The notes beneath the pieces were generated by a model. The model was not told the origin of the DNA and did not search any database. It saw only the letters and a list, made by a program, of their open reading frames with translations. Positions 38,677 through 49,151 of a stretch of 64,000 bases of DNA are shown here, in pieces (the first letter of the stretch is position 1; each line of letters starts with the position of its first letter). This DNA is from Acidobacteriota bacterium. GTDB lineage: Bacteria; Acidobacteriota; UBA890; WLXD01. Made by a program: the position numbers and the translations under genes. Where the stretch lies: the NCBI GenBank assembly GCA_965248695.1, contig CBDFKD010000002.1, forward strand, positions 5,632,001-5,696,000, written 5' to 3'.

Positions 38677-41600
38677 CTGAGCCGCCGCCGCCGGCTCGCC
38701 GCCGGGATCGCCGTCGCCGCCACCGCGATCCTTGGCTGTCGCAACGCCACCGGGCCGGGGTCCCCGCTCGACGGGGCAGCGCCGATCTCGATCACCTTTC
38801 TCAGCGACGCCGCCGAACCGACGCTGCCCGACGAGGAAGGTGCAGCACTGCGATGGTTGCGATCCCAGCCCGAGTTCACTACACGGTTCGTGCAGTTGTC
38901 CGATCTCGACATCGAGCGTCCCGACCCGGACTCGGTACTCTGGTGGCACCATGCCTCCTCCGTAGCGCTCCCCGCCAGCGCGATGCGACAGGACGCGCTC
39001 GATGCGGTACGCGCCCACCTCCGCGGCGGGGGTCCGCTGATGCTGTCGCTCCTGGCCGCTACGTGGGTGGCTCCTCTGGAGCTGGAGGCTCGACCTCCGA
39101 ACGATGTCGGGCTGCGCGTCGGTAGCGACTGGGCACGCTGGACAGCGGACGACAATCGCCTGCTGAGCGGCTTGCAGAGCTACCGTGGGCACCCGCTGCT
39201 GCGCCGCTTCTGGGGCGGTGTCTTCACCGCCACGCTGCAACACGAGAGGCACTACGCCTCCGCTCGGTGGACCGACGACGCCTGGCCTGTCGACGGCCAG
39301 GTGGTGGCGGTAGGGAAACGCTACATCGGTATCGACGTGGATCATCGCGTCGTTGTCGAGTACCCGCCCGGCGATGGGCGAGCGGGTGGCGTTCTGGTTG
39401 TCGGTGAGGGTCTCTACTTCGCAGATACCGACAACGGCAACCGCACACAGCTCGAGCTCTTCACCCGCGACGCGCTGGCGTACCTCGCCGGTGAACAGCC
39501 GCCGGCACCGCCGGGAGCATCGGTGTCTTCCACGGGCGCGGTCGCAGTACCGGTGGTTCGCACCATGACCGCCGGCGACGCGGACGCTCCTCCTCCTCCC
39601 CCTGGCGGGACCGACCCACCACCGGCTACAGCAGATCCCGCCGCCGAGGAGCTGCCTGGAGTGCTCGTGGACACAACGCATTGGTCGCCTCGCGAGCCAG
39701 GTCCGCGCTGGTTCGATCAGCCGGCCTCCGAACAGGTTGCCACCGAGCTCCGCGCCGATGTGGTTGAGGCGATCTCCGCAGCGCGATCAGGTCTGGCGCT
39801 CGAACTAGAGGTCACCGACAACGCCCCGTTCGATCTCTACAGCCCCCGGGCTCTGATCGTCGGTAGCCGGAACGGACGGATCGATGAGTTGTGGGGCTAC
39901 CCGATCCGGGTGCTGCGTGATCTGCGCTTCGGTTTCAGTCGCGACGACGGCGCACGGGATACGCCGCGGATCCGCTGGCTGGATACGGCAGCCGACTCCA
40001 TCACTTACACGGTTCGACCCGAGGGCGCATCGTTCCGGTATGCATTCGACGACGTCAGCATCGTCGCCCACCTGGCGGTGCCAAGGGATCGGCCGGGCCT
40101 GGTCGCACTTTTCGACATCGAGAGCAGCACGCGGATAACCATGCACGCGCGTTGGCGCGGTGATCACGCTTTCATGTGGCCGCGCGAGCCACGGCACCTG
40201 GGCCCTATCGAGATGGGATGGGATGCGGGCGCGGCTGCGGTTGTTTGGCGTGATCCGGCCGCAGAGTTCATCGCCTACGCCGGCTTCAGTGCCCCCGCAT
40301 CGAGTGCCGAGATCGGCGGGCGACAGATCGACCTCACAGCCGAGGTAGCCACCGAGCCGAGCGTGACGCCGCAATCCGAGGACGGGACGATCGACCTGCT
40401 CGAGAATGTCCGTGTGTCACTCGAGGTCTCCCACGATCCGAGTCTCGGGCCTGCCGTCGCGTTCGTGGTCGCCAGCGCGTTCGAGGACGGCGCCGGGGCA
40501 CGCGACGCCTACCTCGAGCTCCTCGCGGACCCGGCCGCCACGTGGACCGAGAGCGCCAACCACTATCAGCGATTCCTTGCCGAGTCGCTGTCGATCGCCT
40601 CTCCCGATCCGACGTTCAACGAGGCGTTCCGCTGGGCCAAGGTCGGCCTGGACGCGTTCCGCGTCACGACCCCGGGAATGGGTACCGGGCTGGTCGCCGG
40701 CTACGCCGCCAGCGCCGATCCGGCCGCTGCCGTATGGCACCGCGAGAACGACTTCCTACGGCGGCCCGGCTACGCCTGGTACTTCGGCCGCGATGCCGTG
40801 TGGACGGCCTTCGCGGCCGACGCCTACGGCGGCACCGATCTGACCAGCGAAGCGCTTCGCTTTCTGGCGCGTTACCAGGACGTGGACGGCAAGATCGCGC
40901 ACGAGATCTCTCCGGGCTGGTCGATCCACTACGACGCCGCCGATTCCACACCCTTGTTTCTTCTCGGGCTCGACCATCACATTCGAGCCACCGGCAACCG
41001 GGAGCTACTGCGGCAGCTGTGGCCGGTGGTCCGGCGCGCCATGCGCTTCCTCGATAGCACCGACACCGACGCTGACGGGTTGATCGAGAACACCGCTGTC
41101 GGACACGGGTGGATCGAGGGCGGAGAGCTCTACGGTGCGCATACGACCTTCTACCTCGCCGGGCTCTGGGTGGCCACACTCGAGGCCGTCGAGCGCATGG
41201 CTGTGTGGATGGTCGATGAGGAGCTCGCAACGCTGGCACGCGAGCGCCATGCGGTCGCCGCGACGACGCTCGAGGACGGATTCTGGGACCCACAGGAGCG
41301 GACGTACTCCTACGGTCGCCGTACCGACGGCAGCTACAAGTCGGCGCCGACAATCCTGCCTGCGGTGCCGATGTACTTCGGGTTGCTCGATGCGGCCAAG
41401 GTGCGGCCGCTACTGGATCGCTTCGCCAGCTCCGAGATCACCAGCGACTGGGGTGCGCGATTGATTGAGCGCTCGAGTCCGACGTACGACCCGGATGGCT
41501 ACCATCAAGGAATGGTCTGGCCACTGTACTCCGGCTGGACTTCGCTGGCGGCCTACGGGCACGGGCGCCCGCTGGCGGGGTACCTGAACCTGAACCAGAA

Positions 41601-42396
41601 CCTGCGCCTCGTCCGCCATGGAAATCTGGGACACATTCCCGAGGCGTTGCACGGCGAGACCTATGAGTGGGCCGGCGAGACGACGCACCAGGCGTGGTCA
41701 CACGCCATGGCAATCCTCCCGGCGGTCGAGGGAATGCTGGGGATTCGCCCCGATGCCCCGAACGGACGCCTGAAGATCTATCCGCACTTGCCGGGTGGGT
41801 GGACCGAGACCACCGTGCAGCCGGTGCGCGTGGGGGCCGAGTCCTTTCGGTTCGGGATCTTCCGCGGCTGGGAGTCGAGCGGCTTCACGATCGCCCGACT
41901 GGCCGGAAGTGATCCGGTGCAATTGGAGTTGGCACTGCCGTTCCCGCGCGACGTACTGGTCAACCTCGACCCGGACAACACCACCGGTGTAGCGATCGCC
42001 GGCGGCCTGTCGGTAATCGACCACCCACGGGAAAAGGAAGCTCGTGTGATGGTCACCATGACGGAGCCGCAGGCTGTGGTGACCTTCCGTCACAGTCCCT
42101 ATCCCGAAGTCGTGCAGCCCTTGCCGTCGCCGGAGCCTGGCGATACGAGCACGGCGCTACGAGTCATCGAGTCCGTGGTCATCGACGGCGCGTTGCAGCT
42201 GCGACTCGAGGGAATCCCGGGCCGTAGCTACCGCCTGGAGATTGCAACGCCGTGGGCGGTGCGCTCGGTGGACGGTGCCGCCACCACCGACGTGGTCGCC
42301 GCGGGACCTGGGCGAGCAGTACTGGAGCTCACCCTTCCCGGAACGATCGAGAGCTTTCAGCGCGCTGACATCACGGTGAGCTTTCAGCGATCCTGA
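38677..42396 (+). CDS. Large lipoprotein glycoside hydrolase (amylo-alpha-1,6-glucosidase/GDE-like (alpha/alpha)6 barrel); probable CTG start
   Basis: RPGYAWYFGRDAVW, GKIAHE, YDAADSTPLF, DTDADGLIEN, YHQGMVWP, PEALHG, QAWS. The frame is open upstream of TTG 38857 and encodes a lipoprotein signal starting at CTG 38677. Confidence 0.85.
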   Translation: MSRRRRLAAGIAVAATAILGCRNATGPGSPLDGAAPISITFLSDAAEPTLPDEEGAALRWLRSQPEFTTRFVQLSDLDIERPDPDSVLWWHHASSVALPASAMRQDALDAVRAHLRGGGPLMLSLLAATWVAPLELEARPPNDVGLRVGSDWARWTADDNRLLSGLQSYRGHPLLRRFWGGVFTATLQHERHYASARWTDDAWPVDGQVVAVGKRYIGIDVDHRVVVEYPPGDGRAGGVLVVGEGLYFADTDNGNRTQLELFTRDALAYLAGEQPPAPPGASVSSTGAVAVPVVRTMTAGDADAPPPPPGGTDPPPATADPAAEELPGVLVDTTHWSPREPGPRWFDQPASEQVATELRADVVEAISAARSGLALELEVTDNAPFDLYSPRALIVGSRNGRIDELWGYPIRVLRDLRFGFSRDDGARDTPRIRWLDTAADSITYTVRPEGASFRYAFDDVSIVAHLAVPRDRPGLVALFDIESSTRITMHARWRGDHAFMWPREPRHLGPIEMGWDAGAAAVVWRDPAAEFIAYAGFSAPASSAEIGGRQIDLTAEVATEPSVTPQSEDGTIDLLENVRVSLEVSHDPSLGPAVAFVVASAFEDGAGARDAYLELLADPAATWTESANHYQRFLAESLSIASPDPTFNEAFRWAKVGLDAFRVTTPGMGTGLVAGYAASADPAAAVWHRENDFLRRPGYAWYFGRDAVWTAFAADAYGGTDLTSEALRFLARYQDVDGKIAHEISPGWSIHYDAADSTPLFLLGLDHHIRATGNRELLRQLWPVVRRAMRFLDSTDTDADGLIENTAVGHGWIEGGELYGAHTTFYLAGLWVATLEAVERMAVWMVDEELATLARERHAVAATTLEDGFWDPQERTYSYGRRTDGSYKSAPTILPAVPMYFGLLDAAKVRPLLDRFASSEITSDWGARLIERSSPTYDPDGYHQGMVWPLYSGWTSLAAYGHGRPLAGYLNLNQNLRLVRHGNLGHIPEALHGETYEWAGETTHQAWSHAMAILPAVEGMLGIRPDAPNGRLKIYPHLPGGWTETTVQPVRVGAESFRFGIFRGWESSGFTIARLAGSDPVQLELALPFPRDVLVNLDPDNTTGVAIAGGLSVIDHPREKEARVMVTMTEPQAVVTFRHSPYPEVVQPLPSPEPGDTSTALRVIESVVIDGALQLRLEGIPGRSYRLEIATPWAVRSVDGAATTDVVAAGPGRAVLELTLPGTIESFQRADITVSFQRS

Positions 42397-43588
42397 TGCT
42401 ACCGCTGCCGGTATCGATCACCACCTTCGTCGTCGGCTCGTCGCCCACTCGGCCGATGACCAGGTCGCGCTCATCGCGCTCCACTACCAGCGCCGGCAGG
42501 TCTACGTCGATGCCGCCGCTACCCGTGCTCAGCCTGAGGCTCATCGCCGGATAGGCGCGCAGCTGCAGCTCGACACGACCGCTCGAGGTGTCGATCTCTA
42601 TGTTCCGGGCGCGCGACACGTCGCCTGCGAGCCGTACGCTGCCGCTGCCGGTGTCCACCAGGACGCGCTCACCGGAGACGATATCCGTGGCTCGAACGGA
42701 GCCCGATCCCGTATCGATCGAGATCGAGCCGCTCACGTGATCGAGGGTTACGCCGCCCGAGCCGGTATCCACATCGACGAATTCCGCTGTGACACCTGTC
42801 AGGCGGACGGCTCCAGAGCCAGTGTCGGCCACGACATCCCCCTGCACTTCGTTGATCTCGACGCGACCCGATCCGGTATCCGCCCCAACCTCGCCGCTAT
42901 GCCCGTCGACGGTAATGCTGCCGCTACCGGTATCCAGCATCACCTTCCCTTCGCCGTCGAGCCACGTGATGGCGCCCACATGCACCTCGAGGCGGACGTC
43001 GCCAACGACCGATACGGACTCCATCGCGCCGACGGCGTTGAGTACCTGCAGGCGAGTTCCGCGCGGCACCCGTATGTGAAAGTCAGCCCACACGGATGCC
43101 GACTGTCCACCGCGCCGGGTGGAGACGCGTACCCGGCGCCCCATGTACTCGAGTCGCGTGCTGCTGCTATCGAACATTCCGAGGAACGATCGCGACTCAC
43201 CGTCGCGGGGATAGTAGAACTCGGTGTACTCCTCTACCGGGTACGTGGCACGCAGGATCCGCGTATCACCGTCCTCTTCGAGGACAAGATCGACGCTCTC
43301 GGCGAGCGCGCTGGCCTCGTCCTGATCATGCCCACCCGCGTGCACCACCGCCTCGATCTCCACACTCGATGCGTCAGTGCCCTCTATCGAGAACCCTCCG
43401 GCCAGGTTCTCGATGCGCAACATGGTTCCGGGGGCGACCTCGACGCTGCGCTCGATCCGCCGCTCGGATTCGAAGGGAAGCGGCGGGGCCGACTCCGTGT
43501 TCACGACACAGGCGGACAGCGCCAGCACCGTAACCAAGGTCAGGACCAGTCGGCTCGAAGAGAGATCCTTGTGGAACGTGCCAGTCAT
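42371..43588 (-). CDS. DUF4097-like beta-strand-repeat lipoprotein (putative adhesin)
   Basis: Lipobox LSAC; about 8-9 repeats of the DTGSGxV type. Confidence 0.85.
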   Translation of the reverse strand: MTGTFHKDLSSSRLVLTLVTVLALSACVVNTESAPPLPFESERRIERSVEVAPGTMLRIENLAGGFSIEGTDASSVEIEAVVHAGGHDQDEASALAESVDLVLEEDGDTRILRATYPVEEYTEFYYPRDGESRSFLGMFDSSSTRLEYMGRRVRVSTRRGGQSASVWADFHIRVPRGTRLQVLNAVGAMESVSVVGDVRLEVHVGAITWLDGEGKVMLDTGSGSITVDGHSGEVGADTGSGRVEINEVQGDVVADTGSGAVRLTGVTAEFVDVDTGSGGVTLDHVSGSISIDTGSGSVRATDIVSGERVLVDTGSGSVRLAGDVSRARNIEIDTSSGRVELQLRAYPAMSLRLSTGSGGIDVDLPALVVERDERDLVIGRVGDEPTTKVVIDTGSGSIRIAESSP

Positions 43589-43733
43589 ACAACGCCTCCA
43601 GACGTACCGTTACGCGAATCAAACTCGCGGGTCCACTCCGCAGTCTCTGTGTAGAGATACGCAACCAACCAGCCGCGGTTTCGCGGCCGCCTGCCGGGAG
43701 CATGCGCAACGAAAGGCCGCGCGACAGGCATCG

Positions 43734-44675
43734 TCATCCATCGCCCAGCGCTGTGATCGCCTCCGGCAACGACACCATGGCCCCCGTACCCGACATCAGG
43801 CAAGCCGCGGACGCGGCTCTCACGGCCGCGCGGGCAGCCGAAACGGTGTCGGCGCCCGCCAGGCGCGCGATGACGAACGCCGCGCCGAAGGTATCCCCGG
43901 CCCCGGTCGGATCCACCGTTCGCACCTTCGGCGCCGCCACCGGCGTGGGCCGTTTGCCGCGGTCGAAAAGCACGGCCCCGGCGACCCCTCGAGTAACAAC
44001 AACCGTGCTCGGTCCCGACGACCGGGCCAAGGTCGCACGCGCAAATCGTTTCACGACCTTCCCAAGTGACTCGCTCGCCGGCGGTGACCCGGCAAGCACC
44101 GCCGCCTCCTGCTCGTTGCACTGCAGCGTGTCGGCCACGTCGATCCACCGGTGCCAGTCGGCAGGACGCTCGGGATAGCGCGTACCGTCGGCAGCACGAC
44201 CGAGCACCAGGCTGTGTACGTCGAGATGGACGGGGACTCCTGAGGCGGCGACCTTCGCCAGCGCGTCAGAGGTGAGAACAGCCCCGGTCACGCAGTTGAG
44301 CAGGATCGCATCCGTGCCCAGCGCTGCACCGATCTCCGATGCTCCCAGAGGAGGCGTCGGGCACAGCAGACGTTCCTCACGATCGCCACCGATGCGTCCG
44401 CCGTCTCGGTATTCGAGAATGACCTGGCTCGGCGGTCCACGCCACGGGACAAGCCCCGAAGTACGGATATTGCCGAACGACGACCATTCCTCGCGCAGGC
44501 GGGGCTGCAGCGCGGTCGCCACGCGGCACACAGGCACGACCTCCATGTCGGGCCCGGCAAGCGCAGCCGCCGTGTTGATGGCGTACGTTAGCCCACCGAG
44601 ACTACGTACCACCGTGCCCCCTGCCGGCACGATCCGATCGTCCACCACGACGCCGACAACGGCGATCCTCTTCAT
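43734..44675 (-). CDS. PfkB/ribokinase-family carbohydrate kinase
   Basis: SLGG; CNEQEA; VVTRGVAGA; DPTGAGDTFGAAF. Confidence 0.9.
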   Translation of the reverse strand: MKRIAVVGVVVDDRIVPAGGTVVRSLGGLTYAINTAAALAGPDMEVVPVCRVATALQPRLREEWSSFGNIRTSGLVPWRGPPSQVILEYRDGGRIGGDREERLLCPTPPLGASEIGAALGTDAILLNCVTGAVLTSDALAKVAASGVPVHLDVHSLVLGRAADGTRYPERPADWHRWIDVADTLQCNEQEAAVLAGSPPASESLGKVVKRFARATLARSSGPSTVVVTRGVAGAVLFDRGKRPTPVAAPKVRTVDPTGAGDTFGAAFVIARLAGADTVSAARAAVRAASAACLMSGTGAMVSLPEAITALGDG

Positions 44676-44681
44676 TGAAGA

Positions 44682-46118
44682 TCAGGCGTCGGCGGGTGGC
44701 GATATCAGTGCCATCGAGGCGCCCGCGATCAATGTCACCGACGCCCCCAGCGGCGTCAGCCAGGTCCATGCCAAAGCGGTCTGCTGCTGGGCTAGAAAGG
44801 CAACACCGACCCCCGCCAGCAGAGCGATCGCCACGTGTGGGTCGCGCAGGCGCAACGTTGTTCCGGCGAGCAAGAATACGCCCAGAACCGCCCCGAACGT
44901 AATCGATGTGATCGTCAGACCAGCCTCCAGAACCGACCCCCAGGCGCGCGCCAACCCGGCGACAGCCGCCAGCGCCACCGCCGCCGCGGCTGTCGCCCAA
45001 CGCGAGGCGCGTAGCGCGCTGTACTCGGCGCGCTGGCGCGTGCCGAGCAATCCGAAATCGAGCGTCACGGCCGACGCCACCGAGCTCATCGAGGACGAGA
45101 GCGTCGACATCGCAGCGGCGAAGACCGCGGCGATCACCAGCCCGCCAATCCCCGGCGGCATCTGTTCCGCGATGAATCGCGGAAATACCTGGTCGCCGGA
45201 AACGAACGCTGGCGACGGCGGCTGCAGCTCGTAGAAGACGAACAGCAACGATCCGAGCACCAGGAAGAACGCCAGCTGCGCGAGCACCAGCACGCCGGAT
45301 GCCACCACTGCGCGCCGCGCCTGCCGCGCGTTGCCGCAAGCAAGCAGTCGCTGCACGAACATCTGGTCGGTGCCGTGGGTCGCCATCGTCAGGGCCGCAC
45401 CACCGATCAACCCGGCCCAGAACACGTAGGGAGTTGACCAGCTCCAGGCGAAGTCGAACACCTGTAGCTTGGCGAGCGGATCGAGCGCCGCGCGCGCGCC
45501 TCCCCAGCCACCGGGGATGCGCCAGAGCAGAAGAACGAATGCCAACGCTGCGCCGCTCAGGTACACGGTCAGCTGAACGGCATCGTTCCAGATCACTGCC
45601 CGCAACCCGCCGCGCAGCGTGTATACCAGCGTCACCACGGTGACGCCGGCAACGGCGAGCCACAGAGGCATCGGCAGCAGCGCCTGCAGCACCAGGGCAG
45701 TGGCGAACAGCCTGACACCATCCGCCAGACAGCGCGACACCAGAAACACGACGGAGGCGGCGCGCTGTGCGACGGTGCCGAAACGCTCTCCGAGGAGCTC
45801 GTAGGCGGTCTCGATGCGGCCAGCGAAGTAGCCCGGAACCAGTAGCCACGCGACCAGCACGCGCCCGACCACGTATCCCATCGCGACCTGCAGGAAGGTC
45901 AGGTCACCACCATAGGCGATCGCCGGAACGCCGACGAACGTCAGCGTCGAGGTTTCCGTGCCGACGATGGACAGGCAGGCGCTCCACCAGGGCATGGCGC
46001 GGCCGGCGAGAAAATAGTCCTCTACCGTCTCCTGACCGCGACCAACGCGCTCGCCGAGCCAGAGGGTGAGCGCGAAATAGGCGATGACAACAAGCCAGTT
46101 GATGGCCAGCGGCGTCAT
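44682..46118 (-). CDS. Sodium:solute symporter family transporter
   Basis: DYFLAGRAMPWW, SIVGTETSTLTFVGVP, GGLRAVIWND, HGTDQMFVQRLL, FAAAMSTLSSS; many TM helices. Confidence 0.93.
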   Translation of the reverse strand: MTPLAINWLVVIAYFALTLWLGERVGRGQETVEDYFLAGRAMPWWSACLSIVGTETSTLTFVGVPAIAYGGDLTFLQVAMGYVVGRVLVAWLLVPGYFAGRIETAYELLGERFGTVAQRAASVVFLVSRCLADGVRLFATALVLQALLPMPLWLAVAGVTVVTLVYTLRGGLRAVIWNDAVQLTVYLSGAALAFVLLLWRIPGGWGGARAALDPLAKLQVFDFAWSWSTPYVFWAGLIGGAALTMATHGTDQMFVQRLLACGNARQARRAVVASGVLVLAQLAFFLVLGSLLFVFYELQPPSPAFVSGDQVFPRFIAEQMPPGIGGLVIAAVFAAAMSTLSSSMSSVASAVTLDFGLLGTRQRAEYSALRASRWATAAAAVALAAVAGLARAWGSVLEAGLTITSITFGAVLGVFLLAGTTLRLRDPHVAIALLAGVGVAFLAQQQTALAWTWLTPLGASVTLIAGASMALISPPADA

Positions 46119-49100
46119 GGAAGGCGGTCAATCGCCCTTACGACCTCACGGTGAAACTCGACCCGGGCGTCGATATGCCGCTGGTTCTCACGCGTCGGGT
46201 GGACCCGGTTGGTCAGCAGGACCACGAACAACGCGCGCGTCGGGTCAATCCACACGGAAGTACCGGTGAAGCCAGTGTGGCCGTAGGCCGTCGCGTCGAA
46301 CATGGACCAGCGTTGGCTGCCCCGCGCGGTGTCCCATCCGAGGCCGCGACTGCTCCCGGCAACGATGTCCTGAGGACGCCGCCAACGATCGATCGTCGAA
46401 CGGCGGAGCACGCGTTGGTGGTCGTAGCTGCCGAGATTCAGCATCGCCTGGGCATATACGGCCAGGTCGCTAGCGGTGGAGAAGAGCCCGGCGTGAGCCG
46501 ATACGCCCCCCATCGCGTACGCGTTCTCATCATGAACAGTGCCGTGCACCATGGTTCCGCGCCAGGCGTCGTACTCTGTCGGAGGAATCCTCTCGAGCTC
46601 GGAGGCGGGCGGATTCCACATCGTGTCGTGCATCCCGAGCGGCTCGTAGATCTCACGCGTAGCAAACTCGTCGAAGGGCTCACCAAGCGCCCGACTGAGC
46701 GCTTCCCCGAGAAGAACGATCCCGAGATCGGAATACGCGTACCGACTGCCCGGCGGCGCCTCGAGCTCGGCCGTGAAGATCCTCTCGAGTACGGCAGCCC
46801 GAACCTCAGTGCCGGCGTCCTCGGGAGCGTGCTCGCGGAAAAACTCTACGTACGCTGGCAACCCGGACGTGTGGGTCAACAGATGCCGGATGGTGACGCT
46901 GGATTTACCCGTCCCCTGGAACTCGGGCACCAGGGCCTCCACGGGATAGTCGAGACGCAGGTTGCCGCGCTCGACGGCACGCATCGCCACCGGTGTCGTC
47001 GCCAGGACCTTGGTAAGCGAGGCGAGGTCGAACAGCGCGTCGACGGGCATCGGCAAGGCGTCTTCGTCATAGCTCATCTTGCCGACTGCGCCCAATCCGA
47101 CAAGGCGCCGCCGATGCCCGACCGCAAACACAGCACCCGGGAACGCGCCGGCTTCTACCGACCGCTGCAAGGCCGCGGCAGCGGCGGTCAAGTCCATGTC
47201 GCTGCCGTCCACAGATTCGGCGGCGGGCGCCCCGTAGGTCACATCGGCCGGAGGGGCGAGCCTGGCAACAAGGGCGACCCGCTGCTCCCCGTGTCCCACC
47301 GGGTAGAGCCCGGGCACTGAAACCGGCAACCGCCCAGTGATCGCGATCTCACCGGTGACGGCGCGGGCCACGGCCCGCTGCAGGGTGTCGCTCCAACCGT
47401 AAGAGGTCAGAATCGTCGACGCCTGCGGAAACGCCGCGGCGGCGTACGGGCTTCCGAGCGCCGCCACGATCGTCGGCACGTCGAGGTCGGCCAGCATGGC
47501 AGCATATTGGGCTTGGCGGCGCGGCAACGCGATACGCCCAGTGCTCGACCGAATGCGCACGCGAACCGCGAGGATCAGCACCTTCGCCTTAGAGGCAGCG
47601 GTAACGATCGCGGCAGCTTCATCGCCACGTGTCCGACCGTCGATCGACCGCGATGTAACGCTCGCCAGCGGTCCACGCAAGGCACTCACGAGCGCTGCTG
47701 TGGGCGCCGGTTGGTCGTTGTCCGATACTCCGACCACGACAACGCTGTTCCAATCTCGGGCATCCAGCGGCAGCAGGCCGTTGCGGTCGCGCAGCAAAGT
47801 AACGGCGTGGTCCGAGGCGTCCTGCGAGCGCGCCAGATCCGAGGCCGGAGCGAAGTTCTGCACCAGCGCCGCGAACGGTGACGCGACCTCGCCACGGCGA
47901 AGTCCCAGTCGCGCCTTCGCACGCAGTACGGCACGGACCGCGCCGTCGAGACGCTCGGCGCTGAGGTCGCCACGCTCGACTGCGCGAACGATCGCGGCGT
48001 GAACCGCCCGCGGGTTTGGCGACAGGATCACGACGTCGGCGCCGGCGACGAGCGACTCCACGGCCGCTTGACCGCTCCACCAGCGCCGCGAGATACCGCC
48101 CATCTCCATCGCGTCGGTAACCACCAGGCCGCGGAAGTCGAGCTGCATACGGAGCAGGTCCGTGAGCACCGCGTACGACAGCGTCGCCGGCAGCCGACTA
48201 TCGGCCGTCAACGCCGGCACCGCGATGTGGGCGGTCATGATGCTCGCTACCCCGGCGTCGATCGCAGCGCGGAACGGCGCCAGCTCTACCGCCTGCAACC
48301 GGCGGTTGTCATGGTCCAGCACCGGCAACGCGATGTGCGAGTCAACGGCAGTATCGCCATGCCCCGGGAAGTGCTTCGCTGTCGCCAGGACACCGCCCTG
48401 CTGGGCCCCGCGGACGAACGCCGCCACCATCTGGCCGACGTGATCCGGATCCTCGCCGAAGGCGCGTACGTTGATCACCGGATTCCGCGGGTTGACGTTG
48501 ACGTCGGCGACCGGCGCAAAGATCCAATGCACCCCGAGAGCGCGCGCGTCGCGGGCGCTGGCACGGCCCATCCACTCGGCCGCCGCCGGGTCGTACGTAG
48601 CCCCGACCGCCATCGCCGTCGGGAATGGCACCGCGCCGTCGATACGGAAATCCGCGCCCCACTCGAAGTCGGCCGCCATCACGAGCGGCAGATGGCCCGC
48701 GTCAGCGGCCGCGGTCTGTAGATCGTTGAGCAGCGCCGCTGCCTCGTAGACCTGCGACCGGAATAGGATCACGCCGCCCAGCCCGAGCTTCTGCACGAGC
48801 GACACCAACTCGCGTCTGGCGTCGGCGTCGGCCGGGTAGTACTCGCCGAAAGCCCGCACCATGAGCACCTGACCGGCGCGCTGCTCGACGCTCATACCCG
48901 CCAGGGTGGATTCGATCTCGGCCTCGACCTCGACCGGCAGGGGCTCTCGAGGATCGATTGGACGGGGCTCTGACGGCTGCTGGAGCGGCGCAGTCTCGGC
49001 CACTAGCGGGCCGGCGGGGGCCGTCCCGCCGGCGCTTCCGAGGAAGATCAGCAGAAAGGCAAGGCTGCCTGCTAGGCCGTGCACGAGTGAGCTAAGATGC

Positions 49101-49120
49101 GCATCCTGGAGCCGAATCAT
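46115..49120 (-). CDS. Fusion of GH3 beta-N-acetylglucosaminidase (NagZ-like) and beta-lactamase-fold serine hydrolase (AmiE-like)
   Basis: GH3 motifs ADFEWG, KHFPGHGDTAVDSH, TDAMEM; C-terminal FDLASLTK (SxxK), YSD, GHTGFTGT, LTNRVHP. Start uncertain (ATG 49120). Confidence 0.92.
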   Translation of the reverse strand: MIRLQDAHLSSLVHGLAGSLAFLLIFLGSAGGTAPAGPLVAETAPLQQPSEPRPIDPREPLPVEVEAEIESTLAGMSVEQRAGQVLMVRAFGEYYPADADARRELVSLVQKLGLGGVILFRSQVYEAAALLNDLQTAAADAGHLPLVMAADFEWGADFRIDGAVPFPTAMAVGATYDPAAAEWMGRASARDARALGVHWIFAPVADVNVNPRNPVINVRAFGEDPDHVGQMVAAFVRGAQQGGVLATAKHFPGHGDTAVDSHIALPVLDHDNRRLQAVELAPFRAAIDAGVASIMTAHIAVPALTADSRLPATLSYAVLTDLLRMQLDFRGLVVTDAMEMGGISRRWWSGQAAVESLVAGADVVILSPNPRAVHAAIVRAVERGDLSAERLDGAVRAVLRAKARLGLRRGEVASPFAALVQNFAPASDLARSQDASDHAVTLLRDRNGLLPLDARDWNSVVVVGVSDNDQPAPTAALVSALRGPLASVTSRSIDGRTRGDEAAAIVTAASKAKVLILAVRVRIRSSTGRIALPRRQAQYAAMLADLDVPTIVAALGSPYAAAAFPQASTILTSYGWSDTLQRAVARAVTGEIAITGRLPVSVPGLYPVGHGEQRVALVARLAPPADVTYGAPAAESVDGSDMDLTAAAAALQRSVEAGAFPGAVFAVGHRRRLVGLGAVGKMSYDEDALPMPVDALFDLASLTKVLATTPVAMRAVERGNLRLDYPVEALVPEFQGTGKSSVTIRHLLTHTSGLPAYVEFFREHAPEDAGTEVRAAVLERIFTAELEAPPGSRYAYSDLGIVLLGEALSRALGEPFDEFATREIYEPLGMHDTMWNPPASELERIPPTEYDAWRGTMVHGTVHDENAYAMGGVSAHAGLFSTASDLAVYAQAMLNLGSYDHQRVLRRSTIDRWRRPQDIVAGSSRGLGWDTARGSQRWSMFDATAYGHTGFTGTSVWIDPTRALFVVLLTNRVHPTRENQRHIDARVEFHREVVRAIDRLP

Positions 49121-49151
49121 GGATTCCTGCGATATGGCGGGCAACGGTGAC

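Noticed and set aside
42371-43000. Repeated DTGSG-coding units as a possible CRISPR or tandem DNA repeat
   Set aside because: These are protein-level repeats with synonymous variation inside a CDS; no identical repeats, spacers or cas genes.
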